Assembly (NCBI GenBank): GCA_963924565.1
Contig: OZ004614.1
Span: forward strand, 17,422,001 to 17,486,000
DNA: 64,000 nucleotides
Source: Ascidiella aspersa
Lineage: Eukaryota
Direction: 5' to 3'
The translations under genes were made by a program, and so were the position numbers. Positions 1 through 12,481 of this stretch are shown here, piece after piece (position 1 is the stretch's first letter; each line of letters begins with the position of its first letter). A model generated the notes under the pieces. It did no database searches, was not told the origin of the DNA, and was given only the letters and a program-made list of their open reading frames with translations.

Positions 1-657
1 GTCGCGTAGTTTGTTGCTCTAGGTTTTATGATTATTTTCCCATTATTTTTAAATTCTACCACCTGGTTTACGTGTTAACATTATTTTGTATTTGTTTTTT
101 TAGAGACTGATGATGCCGTGATTGGCAAAATATATTTCTCTTTTATAAACTAGAACCTATAGTGACTGATTTTGACTGAGACAAGAAAGTCTATACTGTT
201 TTCCTGTAAAATACTGTGCTTTGTTTGATGCATTCGTTTGAGCCCCATTTTCGCATAAATTTCGACAGTTGTTTAAGCAAATATTAAGCATTATTTTTTA
301 CTTTGTACGAAAAGTTTACAGCTACTTGGTTTTTGTTAAAACAAAACCTGTTGAACCAATAAGGGGCATTTGCTTAAAATAATTTTAAGACCAGCATTTC
401 ATACCATGTAGAAAAGTTGTGCTTCCTGTATTACGATTTGTCTTTACTACTATTATTTAATAAAAAGTGACCAGACTTCCGCTTATCAAAAATAGCATTA
501 AATCGGTCAGTCTATAAAGTTTAGTATGTTTACAAGTTGCACTCAGGGTACACAGTAACACCACTTTAAATTGGTACACAATAAACTCACAGAGTGCTTA
601 ACGTGTTTTTTATGTACATTTCTTTTTCTTAGTAAAGTTTTGATAAATTGATCACAG

Positions 658-3600
658 ATGAACTTACACGTGACTATGCTCTGCATGAGAAGGACTCAGT
701 TATTAGAAAATGCCGATTGCTGCCATGGAAAGCTTTTGACCTTACAGACCTTCCATATGAGACTAAACCGTATCCGGACAAGTTTTATGAGGTTTTGTGA
801 TTTTAGTATAAATTGCTATGGTTTAGTTAATTATATATTTGCAATAGAAACATTTTTAAGTACTCTGTGTTGCAAAGCATACAACTGATATATAATCTGT
901 ATTGCAACCAGCAAAAGAATATTTTTCCAATTGTCACACTCTTTGCAGGCTGGATTAATTTGAACTTGGAGATAATGAAAAGTATTTTACCAGTTACAAC
1001 TAAACTGGTAACTAATCTATTTAACCTGGACCTAATACTTTTCTAAAATATAAAAAATGCCTTATTTTTTATTTGGTTACTTAGGAAGCTGTTATTTTAA
1101 TATAGGAATAGTAAAACCTCCAAAAATAATTATTGAATGCAAAAGGACACCGATGAATGAAATTGACTATTCCAGGGGTCAACAAAATTTTCTAATGAAC
1201 AACTGGTTGTCTTAAAGCACTTGGGTTGGCGGCCGGGTCTAATGACTGTAGAATGTAGATCGCATGCTGTCAGAGAATTCACATGTTTATAACTGTACCC
1301 GACAATCATTTCCGTAAATAAACTATATATTAAACATTCAAACAAAACGTATTAAAATATACCAGTCAAATAAGGTGACACCTTTATGCTTTTTATTCAG
1401 GATGCATACAAGTACTCCCAAGCAACTCTTCCTAATTTATCTAATTGTCGAAAACCAATCAAGGATAAATTGAAAATTCACATGAATGTTCTGGGTCATC
1501 TTATCACCGACACTAAAAGATTTCAACATGTTGATTCAGCGACTGAAGCTGATATATTGTTTTGCTCTGACATGAAAGACTTTCGGTAAGAACGAAAGCA
1601 ATTTCACTAATCACTGTGTTTTAGTGCGCTGAAAATTTATATCGTTTAGTAAAATATTTTTTTGCAGTTTAGGAATATTTTTCAAGTTCAAAAAATATCT
1701 TTAAAGACCACCAAATAATTAAAGATATAGTTGACCCACTTAACCTACTTCACATCTAAGGGGATCTACAGTAGTATATTACTCAATGAAAGATGAATGC
1801 ACGTTTAAAGTTGGTTGCATGTAGCCTGTGTACTGTTAATCATAAAGCAAGAAGCCATTAAGCATAAAAGTCTTGACAACATTAAATGTCATTTTTACCA
1901 AGTCGGTGAACTTCGTTAAGTTTTTTAATCGGTCGGTCGGAGGCTATAGCAAATTTGAACGGACAAGTTACAACGTAATCTACAATAGTGACGAACCGTA
2001 TGAAGTTTCGCCAAGATTGTTGGCGAGCGCTACTAATATTATGCTAGAGTAAATATTTTTTCAGCGTGGCAGTTATCGGCCACTATCCTATACGTAAATT
2101 TAACAACAATGCATCAACAGAAAAGATACAGTTTTTGGCAGGAAGATTTGCGAATGTTTAAGGGGCGGGGTTTAGCAACCCACTGTTTCTGCTAAATACC
2201 CCAAACTCGGCTTCCTTGGAGCAACTAGAAAATCGTTATTAATGAATTCAACAGAAATAAATTTAGTGCTTATATATTTTCAGAGGTTACTGCTTATGAT
2301 ACATCCGCATATATTTTATTTGTGTTGTACAGAACTTTAAGTGAGACACATCCAGAGCAGATGGTCAGCTTATTTCCATGCCAAAACATTTTAACGTGTA
2401 AGGACTTCTTCTCGGACGTTGGAAGGAGGGCTGGACAAGATGGGGAGGGTAATGCTTGTAACAAATTACAATATAAATTTCTGTAAGTTTGCTCGTTAAT
2501 ATAAAACTATCGTATGTGCTATTTAAGGCAATTTATTTTCGAACTTTTTTTTGACGCCACCCAAAATACTCTTTCACTAGTTGTTAGAGGCCCACTAAAA
2601 ATATCCTGAACAACAGGGGCAGAACCTGTTTTTTTGTTGCATGGCATTGTTGATAATGACATCACCATATACATATCGTGACGTCACAAAACAGTTAGCC
2701 TTAGAAATAGCTATTGTCTGACATTGAACTGGCAAATATGCAGTTAAATCCAGTCTAAACACGCAAAAAATGCGTTTGTTAATTATAAATAAAAAAGCTG
2801 TAATTAAAAGAATACGGGGTAAAATAGATCTACAATTTGCTCAAAATAACGGCATTTATAGTCCAATTTAACAGAAGTTGCACTTCGTAAGAGACAGCAC
2901 CACAGCCATGGTATGGCGCGTTTGGATTGAATATATTTAATTAAAACGGACGAATGATATTATTGTATTTCCGTAGTTATATTCGGCTAAAAGTGTAGTT
3001 TGGAGGAGGGACATGGCCTATTGTTCTTGTAATACAACAAAGAGACAAACAAAAAACTGTTAGCCACACCAACTTTTAAACTACAGCACAATGAATGCAC
3101 GTCTATCACGCGGCCCACAACCGCATGATATAACCTAACTAATGAAAACACCTCAGGCCATCTAAAATTTTCTTAGGGGCGCACACTTTTCCGACCACTG
3201 ATTTAAGGTAATACGGGTTTTACGCCATTTAACGTTGGTTGCATGTGTGGTAATACTCTTTAAATAGAACGATCTGTGTGTAGTTATTTGTGGAATAATT
3301 TTGGTTTATTTTCACATCTCCCTGTCCTTTGTTTTAAGATCGTTTATGAATGGCAGTAGTTTACGCTGATTTAACGTTGTAAATTTTCTTGCAGTGCCCA
3401 ACTGGATTCCCCTCACCTTTAACCTACTTCGGGAGCTTCCCGAATTCGTATCCTGCTTTAAACGACGAGCGAAAACGGCGAAAGATCACAATGTGTGGAT
3501 CGCCAAGCCTTGGAACCTTTCCAGGGGCGTCGGAATACACGTCACCGATGACCTTAATGCTCTCATACGACTTCGCGAGGAAAAAGTCCCGAGGGTAAGT

Positions 3601-6600
3601 TTTATCCCCATATGGGTTACGATAAAGTTATCCTGTACTGTTATTATAGTTCGATAATCCTTCTTTTTAAAGTAATTAATCAAGTTTAATCACTAAAATC
3701 ACATTTGAAATTTATCTCAAAATTAAAAAATTGCCCCCTCAAAGAAATTCCTGGACACCCCTGGGATGCTTATATGAGCAATTTCTCATTCACAACCAAA
3801 GTGCTTGTCCTAACTGCAATTAAAAATAAATTCGTTTATAAAAGTAAAGTGTAATATTAGGTCGTCTGCAAATACGTTGAGAACCCGGTGCTGTTCAAAC
3901 GCTCCGACATCAACGCCTCGGTGAAGTTCGATTTCTCTTCAACCGTTGTACTTACAAGCATCAAACCACTCAAGTTGTTTGTCTGTAGAAATTTCTTTCT
4001 TCGATTTTCCAACAAGTAGGTTTATACAAATTTAATGCATTGCAAGGTTTTTGGTATACTACTTGTAAATATTCCTTTATGTGCGCAAAACTAAAGGTTC
4101 ACCTCTGTCGTTAAACTCCCTTATGCAAAAAGGTCTACGACAATTAGGGCATAAGGGCCGAAAATTGTGACTTTTAAACCTTGAGGTCGTGGCATTAGTT
4201 GGTAACTCTCGACATAAAATAAAAATATCTGCTGAAAATTCACATTGGCTAAATAGAAATATTAATACTTGATCCAACCGAACCCAGACGCTAAATCGCA
4301 CCCTAACCCAAATAATGTGCGTTGATTTAATAATTGTTTGAACGCTGGGTAAAAAAGCCTAAACTCGGGTGGATATAAGGTATTTTTCTTAAGGCGTAGA
4401 CCTTTTTGCTTAACTGCACTAATTTCTGACGGATTGAGTGAAAACGTTCTATTTCATCATTTTATATATTTAGTAGTTTTTAAATTTACTATAGTCGTTA
4501 ATAAAAAACATATTTTTTATTTAAGATATATCAATAATATTGCAGGAAGTGTTTCCTCCTTTTGTAAAAAAATTCTGGTTAATTTCAGGGCATTTTCATT
4601 GGACGATTTTGATGACTATCAAAAACACTTTACAGTAATGAATTACTTCGGAGAAGGAAAAAACCTAAAAGACTTGAAATGTGCAGATTTTAAGCCTATG
4701 TTTGATGAACAATATCCAGAACATCCATGGCAAACAGTCGAAGTACGTTTTTCCAGTCTTCCCAACTAATTGTTTCTGGTTTATTATGTTTTAACCTTCA
4801 ATTTAAAATCATAAACACACTGTTTTAAACTGATCTAAATTGACTATTCACAAGACAAAAACAGAAAGCCTGACTAACAGGCAGTTTTATCGCATCAGGA
4901 TTTTTTCTGGTGGTACTCCCAGATTGAAGTTTGGAACCTGTAAATATCCTAACTAAGGCTGATATTGACAAAGTTTATTATTTTAACCTTTTTAAATTTT
5001 AAGCATTTGGGAGAAACTATGTTTTACTATTATATAAACAAAGTTCTAAAACCGAATTTACGCGCAGAACGACGTACACAAGTGTTTTGCCGAGCTATTC
5101 CGTTCTGCTACTTCTCGGGCGCCACCTTATGGTTTAGGCGAGTATTCAAACTCTCGGGCGATTTTCAGCATTGACGCGATTTTGGCTTGGAAAGACGACG
5201 AGAGTGTTGCGGGTAAGAACTAAACCATATCGACTAACGCTGTGTATAGATAGTATCAAGGATAACAACCAATAAGAGATTTTACCACGCCTATTGTATT
5301 ACTTCTTTACGACGACAAGGCGTACGAGGTTTACATGGAATTCATATTTTGTGCAAACTTTATGTTAAAATGAACCATATAATATACATGTTTGGTGATT
5401 TGTCTATGGGTTCATTGTCGCTCTGTTCGTTGAAAGAGAAAGGGCGAATGAGGCTTAAGCAAGCACAATTTATCAAGCCATGAGTTAAAAGAAAACAAAC
5501 TTCAGACACGCGAATAATAGAAGGTAGTTATACGTTTGTCGGCACGCTTTAGTGCAGTCACAACGGCACTCGATAGAAATTCTAAATAGTTCGCGGCACC
5601 CTTACTGGTATTTCGCTTAGTGGTGTCCTGTACTGTAACGTCACATAAAGCGAAATTGAAAGAGCATACATTAAAGAGTATATTTTTTTTCGCTATCTGA
5701 GCGATCGCAATTAACTACAGCGGTGTAAAAACTGTGCCCGACACAAGACTATTGAAACGGCTTTTTACGGTTTGTTTAATCATGCCACAACTTTAATGGT
5801 TCTCTCATTCGGCCACACATTTTTAAATATCGAGGTTGTTGACTACTCAATGGGAGGACTACTCAATGGGAGATCGTTTCCATAACTTAATTTAACAAAC
5901 AACCGATCTGTCGTTTGTTTTTTGTTTGTAAGTAGTATTGGTTTAGGCAACTCATTCTTTCTCAGCTCATTATTTTCTACATATTATTGTGATTGTTGCA
6001 ACGCTATTATTTCGTTTCGCCGGGACAACGCCAATAGTCCAAGTTGAATTGTGTCGGACCCATATATGCTAATACGATACCTAGAGAGTTCGAGTTGATG
6101 TCACAACCTCACTACAAAAAAAATACTGTTTCCCACTTCGTTGTATGGTCGACAATGAAGCTTTAAGGCAAGATAATACTATGTTTTTAAAAAGCTTCTC
6201 AAAATTCTCGCTAAAAGAACCGATGATGTAACCCTATACTTTTTTGCTCAACATTAGTCTGCCCTCTTTATATGCCATTAACGAACAGACAGACGGGCAG
6301 AAAATCTTTTACAGCGCACTTTGATTTTTTGATTTGGTAACAAGAAATTTTGATTAAATATTTTGTGCTTTTCTGGTGTACTTATATTTATTGACGAACT
6401 ATAGATAAAATAACTAACGTACAAATGGCCAACTTTTTTGATTGATTTACTACGAATAACAGGTTTACATCCAGTAAGGCTATTATAAACCTCTTAATAT
6501 ATAATTATAATTAACAAAGTTGTTTTGATTTTTTTACGATTGCGTATAGTTTGCAAAGTTTCGAAAGCAGTATTAAAAAGTGGATTACGATTTAAAAAAT

Positions 6601-9600
6601 CCTAACTGGAAAATAGGGAAATAATGCCCCCGATTTTCCTCTTGGAATTGCATCTGATATTGCAAAGCAGCAACATATTTTATCCTCACTTTCATATCGA
6701 TCTTCTCATAAAGTCAACGTTGGTCCACCACAGTAAAACAAATAAATGAGCAAACAGAACGTCAGTATCGATCTTACTAAATGTTGACAGATGATTTTTA
6801 ACGTTGTATCTTCATCATTGCATGGATATAACAGTGTTTCGGTGTAAAATAAAAAATGCTTTCTTTTTTCTTTGGTCAACCGACTTTTGTAAGTACGTAG
6901 TTGCTAGGCGACCTTAACACTTCCTCACTTCGTGTGACGTCACCCGTGCGAAAATCTAGCTTGAGTTCACTGCGATGACGTAATTGAAATTCGTCCTCAT
7001 GGTTCCCAACAAAAATCGCGTTCCAAGTGAAGCCGTCGCCACTGGTTTGTGTGTGTTTGCTTTCCGTTAAACGCGGCGGCGTCTTGACCGGTGAAATATC
7101 CTGAACGAAAGTGTCCAAATGACCTTCTTTTTCGCCTCCTTCACGTCCAGACAACACAGACTTTGTGTCATTTTTGCGGTTCCACCACAAGAGAAAAATA
7201 ATTATTCCGCTTCCGACCAAAATTGTTTGTAAGGTCGTCGCGACGCAGTCGTTATTTCCTTGTGATCCAGAGTCAGCCATTGCTTAGTTTTATTTATATT
7301 TGAATTTCCCCTACGTCGTTACCTGTTTAAAAGGTATATTCAGCAAACTTTCAGGTATCCCACGTAATAAGTTTGTGAAGCCTTGCCATATAAACTTTCC
7401 AATTGAAGAGCAAAAACAAATAATTGAAGTTGAACAAAATCTATATTTACCGCTTAACCGCACAAACAGTATGCTAAAGCTTTACGCTTATAATCGTCAG
7501 ACGTCAGTAATATATTCAATCTGATGATACAGGCTTCCTGCCTCTTGACTGGTAATTTACGTTTGCGCGTTTGTTTCCCCGCATCAACCGACTACAACGA
7601 AACTCCATTTACCTACCGTTATACGCTAATATAGTAACTCATGTGCTCATTATTATAATCCTTGCTTGTAAAGTTTACAAATTTAACAAGTAGCATAGCT
7701 TGTCACAGTGGATCAACATTCTTGTCATGCAGTACAGTTTTTTAAACGATTTTGCTTGTTATAAACAAATAAATAAATTTATTTCCGCTACCTTAATTGA
7801 ATTAGTTTAAGAAAGAACATTTAATGCGTTGTAAAACGAATGTCTACTACATATTTGACGTATATTATGCGAAACCTCTTTATATGAAGTAACAAGTTTA
7901 CATTTTGAGTCAAACTGGTTAGTGATTGCCAATCATCGTTAACGCCATCACTGATCGCACGCAGCGCCTTAGACCACTTACGCCAATTACTCACCTTATT
8001 TTGATATAATATTTGCACTAAGTAATATAGTTAGCTCATGTACCAAATGAACGTATTAATAGTTATCGGTGTAACAGCTCACTACCTATAATTTAAATGC
8101 CTGTTTTCAGTATTTGCATAACCTGTATTGCAGCAATTTGTTGTGCCCTTCCGACCCTTTTTTTCTTTCGCCATTCATATGAAATTGCCAAGCTTTCTGC
8201 CTTGTGCGATGTTACTACAGACGAAGTATATAAGTTGTTTCTCTTTATGCTAACGCAGCGTTTAGCAATGTTTTAAAAGCTAATACGACACTTAACTAAA
8301 AATGGCTGTAACAACGAGTTTTTTTAATTTCTTATTCTAACCATTTAGACAAGCTGTGGTTTCATCCAACTGGCCTTTGGTTTTAACAGCTGCTATGGAT
8401 ACAGTTTACTTTTTAACTCCCCTTTCAACTCTGGTAAATATCATAATTATTTGGGACACTATTTTTTACTTTCTTAGGAGTAGTGAGTGTACTCCTTTTC
8501 TGCTGCTGTTTCTCTCTTCAATGTTACATGTGAATGCCGACCGAGCGTAAAATGCGTAGGCGGTTTTCAGCCTCTGAAAGCGTTGTACCGGTATATAAAA
8601 GCTGTCAAATAAAAAAATCCATTTGTGAAAAACGTAAGGTTTCTCTCTTGCGTGACGCCACGAGAACAAAGTTCTGTTGCGTATCGTTGAACACATTCTT
8701 CCAATTTTGCTATCGTAGACGACTATTTTAATATTTATGTTTCACAGTCTTGCGAATGGTATAACCGGCGGTTTGTAACCACAAGAGCGGGACCAACCAC
8801 TGTCTCACAGGTCGCCTCTGATTTAAATAATTTCTAGTGCAAACGATAACTCACCAACAAGCAGACCGATCACAACTCTAATTTTTCAACCAAGTATTAT
8901 AAATCAAATTTGCGTTTTAGCTCACTGGTGCGAAAAAAACTGCACGTTGCCGCATCGGATTTCGGTTCTTGCCAAGCCATAAAGTCGCCGCACTAGTTTG
9001 CCTTCGTAAAACGATTTACAAAACCCAGGCCGGCGTGAATTTTCTGGCCCTGGGCTATTGTAAAAACTGTCACGCAACAGCAACTAAGCGAGATCGCTAT
9101 TGTTTGCTCTCAGTCTGTGGTGGTGTACCGCTCATAATAGTTTCGTTTTAAACTTCTTCTAGTTTCTGAACTGGTCACAGTGTAAGGTCCTTAGGTTATT
9201 GTTTATGCAATTGATTAGGCATGCATGTGTATGCTTATTGCCTATTCTTTCTTTTATTCTATACATCATGTCTTGCTGACGAATTGGTTTCATTCTTAGC
9301 AGCACAATTTGACATTTCCCTGATGTGTTGCAGCTGTGTGGCACCCACGTCCACTCGCGCTTGTAATCCAACAATATAATCGCAGAATTTATGGAAACGT
9401 CAATCAACGTCAACATTCATAAGTGCAAAACAGTCGATTTGCTATAGCGATTAAACTCTCAAGGTCTGCGTTAGTTTGGCCTCTGTTTACTGATGTAACT
9501 TCTTATTAACTGTAAACTAAAAGTACGCAGGACGTTCACTCTTTGTCATTGCTGCAGCCTGTGGCAGGAAACAATGACGTGACAATGCCTTGGGCTCTGG

Positions 9601-11614
9601 TTCATACACAAAGCGTTTGGCAACAACCACTATAATCCGTGCCATTCTCGGCCTTTGATTCGCCAACGAATTTCGGTTTGCCCTGATGTTAATTGTGCGC
9701 GTCATGAGTGATGTTTCTTGTATTTTTTAAGCGGATTTTACCTCCTGTTTAAAGTGTGATAAAAAACACATGAGTTGATCATTGTATACAACATGCGAAC
9801 AGTTTAGCTCACAAATAAAATTATGTCATAAACGTGGGTATATTTGCTCATTTTAGTTGGCGCGTGACACACTCTGAACCTAAGCAGGTGTTATGACAAA
9901 ATGTTTTTTTTACTGAATTAAACGCATTACGGCAACAATCATCGATAAAAGTATTAAGATGAAGCATAGTTTATGGGCCACGGCTATATTTTATGTCAGA
10001 TTTATTATTTAGTTGTGGGTCGCGTGTTAGCCGTACCTTTATTGTCAGTATTTTTAAAGTTGGGTGTTAGTAACAGTTTATATCTTGGCTCATTGTTGCC
10101 CCACAACAGGTCATGTCGCCTCCTAAACTACACTTAAATTACCAAATTTAACTATGTAAATACAATTTTCGCGCTTCACGCGCATGCTGCATGTCATGTT
10201 GTTTCGTGTGTCCCATAAACTCTACGAAAAAAAGCTATTTGTGTTGAATTATAATATAAATTCCGTTATTTAACAATATTCGAAATACCAGTTCGCTCTA
10301 GAGCAGTGGTTTTCAACCTTTTTCATACCGCGACCCATTTTAACAACCCAATGTAACAAATGACCCCCTCGAAAAAAATATTCCTGCATATATAAAACAT
10401 TTGTGTATGCGCAGTAGAACAAAAAAATAGTATTAAAAATAACAAAAATTATGGTACCACTCTGTTCAAAAAAATACTCATTTATAAATTCATGCATGAG
10501 GCAGCATCAGTGAGATGGCTAGTCTTCCATCTTGGCTACAAGCTTGTCTATGCGTGCCAGCGTGGCGCTGTTGTTGCCAGAGCACACCTGAGATCTGGCT
10601 CTACTTGTCATACCCAAATATTTTTCGCGATAAAATGGTTATTGTGATGTAATAACTAGTTATTGTCATAACGCCGTTGTTGCGACAATGGATAGCAGTT
10701 TTTTGCAGTACAGTAAACACTTGTTTAGCTTCTGATTTCTGTCTTATTGAATTTAAACATAGCGCAATATAAGTAATTGCAACTTGGATTACAGGTTAAG
10801 AGTTTTTACTTGGTTGTTGCACCAATTGGGCTGGTGTGTGTACAAGTTCTTCAGTAAACGCAAAAGTGTGTACTGTTCCAGAAAAGGTTGAAAAGCACTG
10901 CCGTAGGCTACCTATGAGGCTATGATTGATACCGGGAACTCAATAGTAAGCCCACACTGTTAAAATAATAGTCTCGAAACTTTCTTCCTGGCTGCTGATG
11001 TTTAAACATTCACTGTCAACAACATTCACAAATATCTACAGATATTTTTTATGGCAATTAATTGACATTCTTGTAATGGTGATTGTTATTTAACCGTCGT
11101 CTTCGCGACCCCCAGAGAAAAGGCAAACGACCCACCCGGGGGTCGCGGCCCCCAGGTTGAAAAACTGCTCTAGAGTCTAGAAAATGTTTTTACGAAGAAT
11201 TGTTTTATGACGTCACGTGAAAGGTAACTGTGTGACGCCATTCTAAAAAAATGTCCCAACAGTGCCAAACTTGTAGCATTTTTTGGCTGACTGTTGTTTC
11301 AAACAATCTTCGTGGTACCAACCCGAAATTAGTACCAAAGGTTTTCAAACACAGGTTATGAGTTATGACTAACCAACGTACGGAGCCGCAGGAACACTTT
11401 TGTAGCCACAAAGTTATGTAAGTTTCACTATAAAAACTTATAATCTTATGTCGCTTCAGGTGGCAAGTCCATGCAGCCCACCTTGCTGGAATGTAACTTG
11501 ATGCCCGACTTCACACGAGCCTGCAAGTACTACCCAGACTTCCTAAACAATGCCTTCAAGCTGATGTTCTTCGACGAACCGCAGGAAGATTTTATTGACA
11601 TATCCGACTTGTAA
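658..11614 (+). CDS. TTLL12: Tubulin-tyrosine ligase-like protein 12, 3' part (gene begins upstream of the window)
   Basis: GT-AG exons 658-791, 1401-1585, 2333-2448, 3395-3594, 3861-4015, 4589-4742, 5068-5212 and 11460-11614 splice in frame. Peptides ELTRDY..IRKCRLLPW, FPCQNILTCKD, WIPLTFNL.RELPEFVS, WIAKPWNLSRG, KYVENPVLF, DDYQKHFTVMNY and MQPTLLECNLMPDFTRACKYYP are colinear with vertebrate TTLL12. Stop TAA at 11612-11614. Confidence 0.93.
4125..4409. mobile_element. Degenerate copy of the foldback family (TTLL12 intron)
   Basis: Inverted GCAAAAAGGTCTACG / CGTAGACCTTTTTGC ends. Internal CGCACCCTAACCCAAATAATGTG is shared with the copies at 22766, 50842 and 51501. Confidence 0.55.
6876..7280 (-). 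CDS. Nested antisense orphan gene: 134-aa predicted single-pass membrane protein
   Basis: ATG in good context (GCAATGG) with an in-frame TAA 6 nt upstream and an acceptor-like TTTAAACAG about 42 nt upstream. Hydrophobic segment TILVGSGIIIFLLWW is followed by NRK. Higher GC than the surrounding intron. No family recognised. Confidence 0.6.
   Translation of the reverse strand: MADSGSQGNNDCVATTLQTILVGSGIIIFLLWWNRKNDTKSVLSGREGGEKEGHLDTFVQDISPVKTPPRLTESKHTQTSGDGFTWNAIFVGNHEDEFQLRHRSELKLDFRTGDVTRSEEVLRSPSNYVLTKVG
10304..11167. mobile_element. Non-autonomous hAT (Charlie/Buster-like) element
   Basis: TIRs CAGTGGTTTTCAACC / GGTTGAAAAACTG; perfect 8-bp TSD CTCTAGAG (10296-10303 and 11168-11175). Confidence 0.85.
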
Positions 11615-11659
11615 ACGATATCGTGACTTTTGTTCAGAGTGAACGATGTGCTACATCAT

Positions 11660-12481
11660 TAGGGATGTTCAAAGTAGAATCCCAAGGTATTATCGAGTAA
11701 CGAATCCAAAATATCGCCCCAAAGTATATTTTAATTAGTTATTCAACTTCTATTTTTCGGGGGAATGGATTACAACACACCTTTTTAGTGACAAAACACG
11801 CAAAGAATACGAAGATACTTTTTTGTCAGTACTACATTACTATTTTAAATATGCTGTGGCATTAACTATTAAATATTGGCCTTTCGTAAACTCGCAGCGT
11901 ATGGTATTTGCAGCCACCGTGGTTTACGATGGAATGCTACTTTTGCAATAACGCATTTGAGGTGGCATTACACATTAGCCGCTCACAAAATAACTTTTGA
12001 TAAACACCTAATAATTATTAGGTGAAGGTTTTGACAAGCAATTAATAGACATAAAAAACGCCCACGCTTCTTTACATGCCCACATTTAACCCAACAAGCG
12101 ACGGGCAATAATTAAAACTTGTCCCTCCTGTATAGCCAATTAGGCCCGACCTTTCCATAGCGGTAAAATAACAAAAATGATAAACTGGTTCCAACTTACC
12201 ACTGCCTTCCCGCAGATCTTTGGCGTGAAATGCTTGCCAAAAATCACGCGAGTGACATCATTTGGCGTGGTGAATCGCCGGCCTAGTGAATTTACCAAAA
12301 AAAAATTATTTTTGGCGTATATATCGTCCTATTGTGGCGTAAGATGTTAGCCGAAATTAAATTTGGCATGAATCTTTGACGGCCACAAATTATGGAAAGC
12401 AGTCCGGTTAATTATTTGATATAAGTGGCAGAATAGGGATTCGAATATGAAGGATTCAATGTTCTACTTTGAACATCGCTA
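11660..12481. mobile_element. TIR element in the TTLL12 3' UTR region
   Basis: TAGGGATGTTCAAAGTAGAA / TTCTACTTTGAACATCGCTA inverted termini (19/20 match); no clear TSD. Confidence 0.6.
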
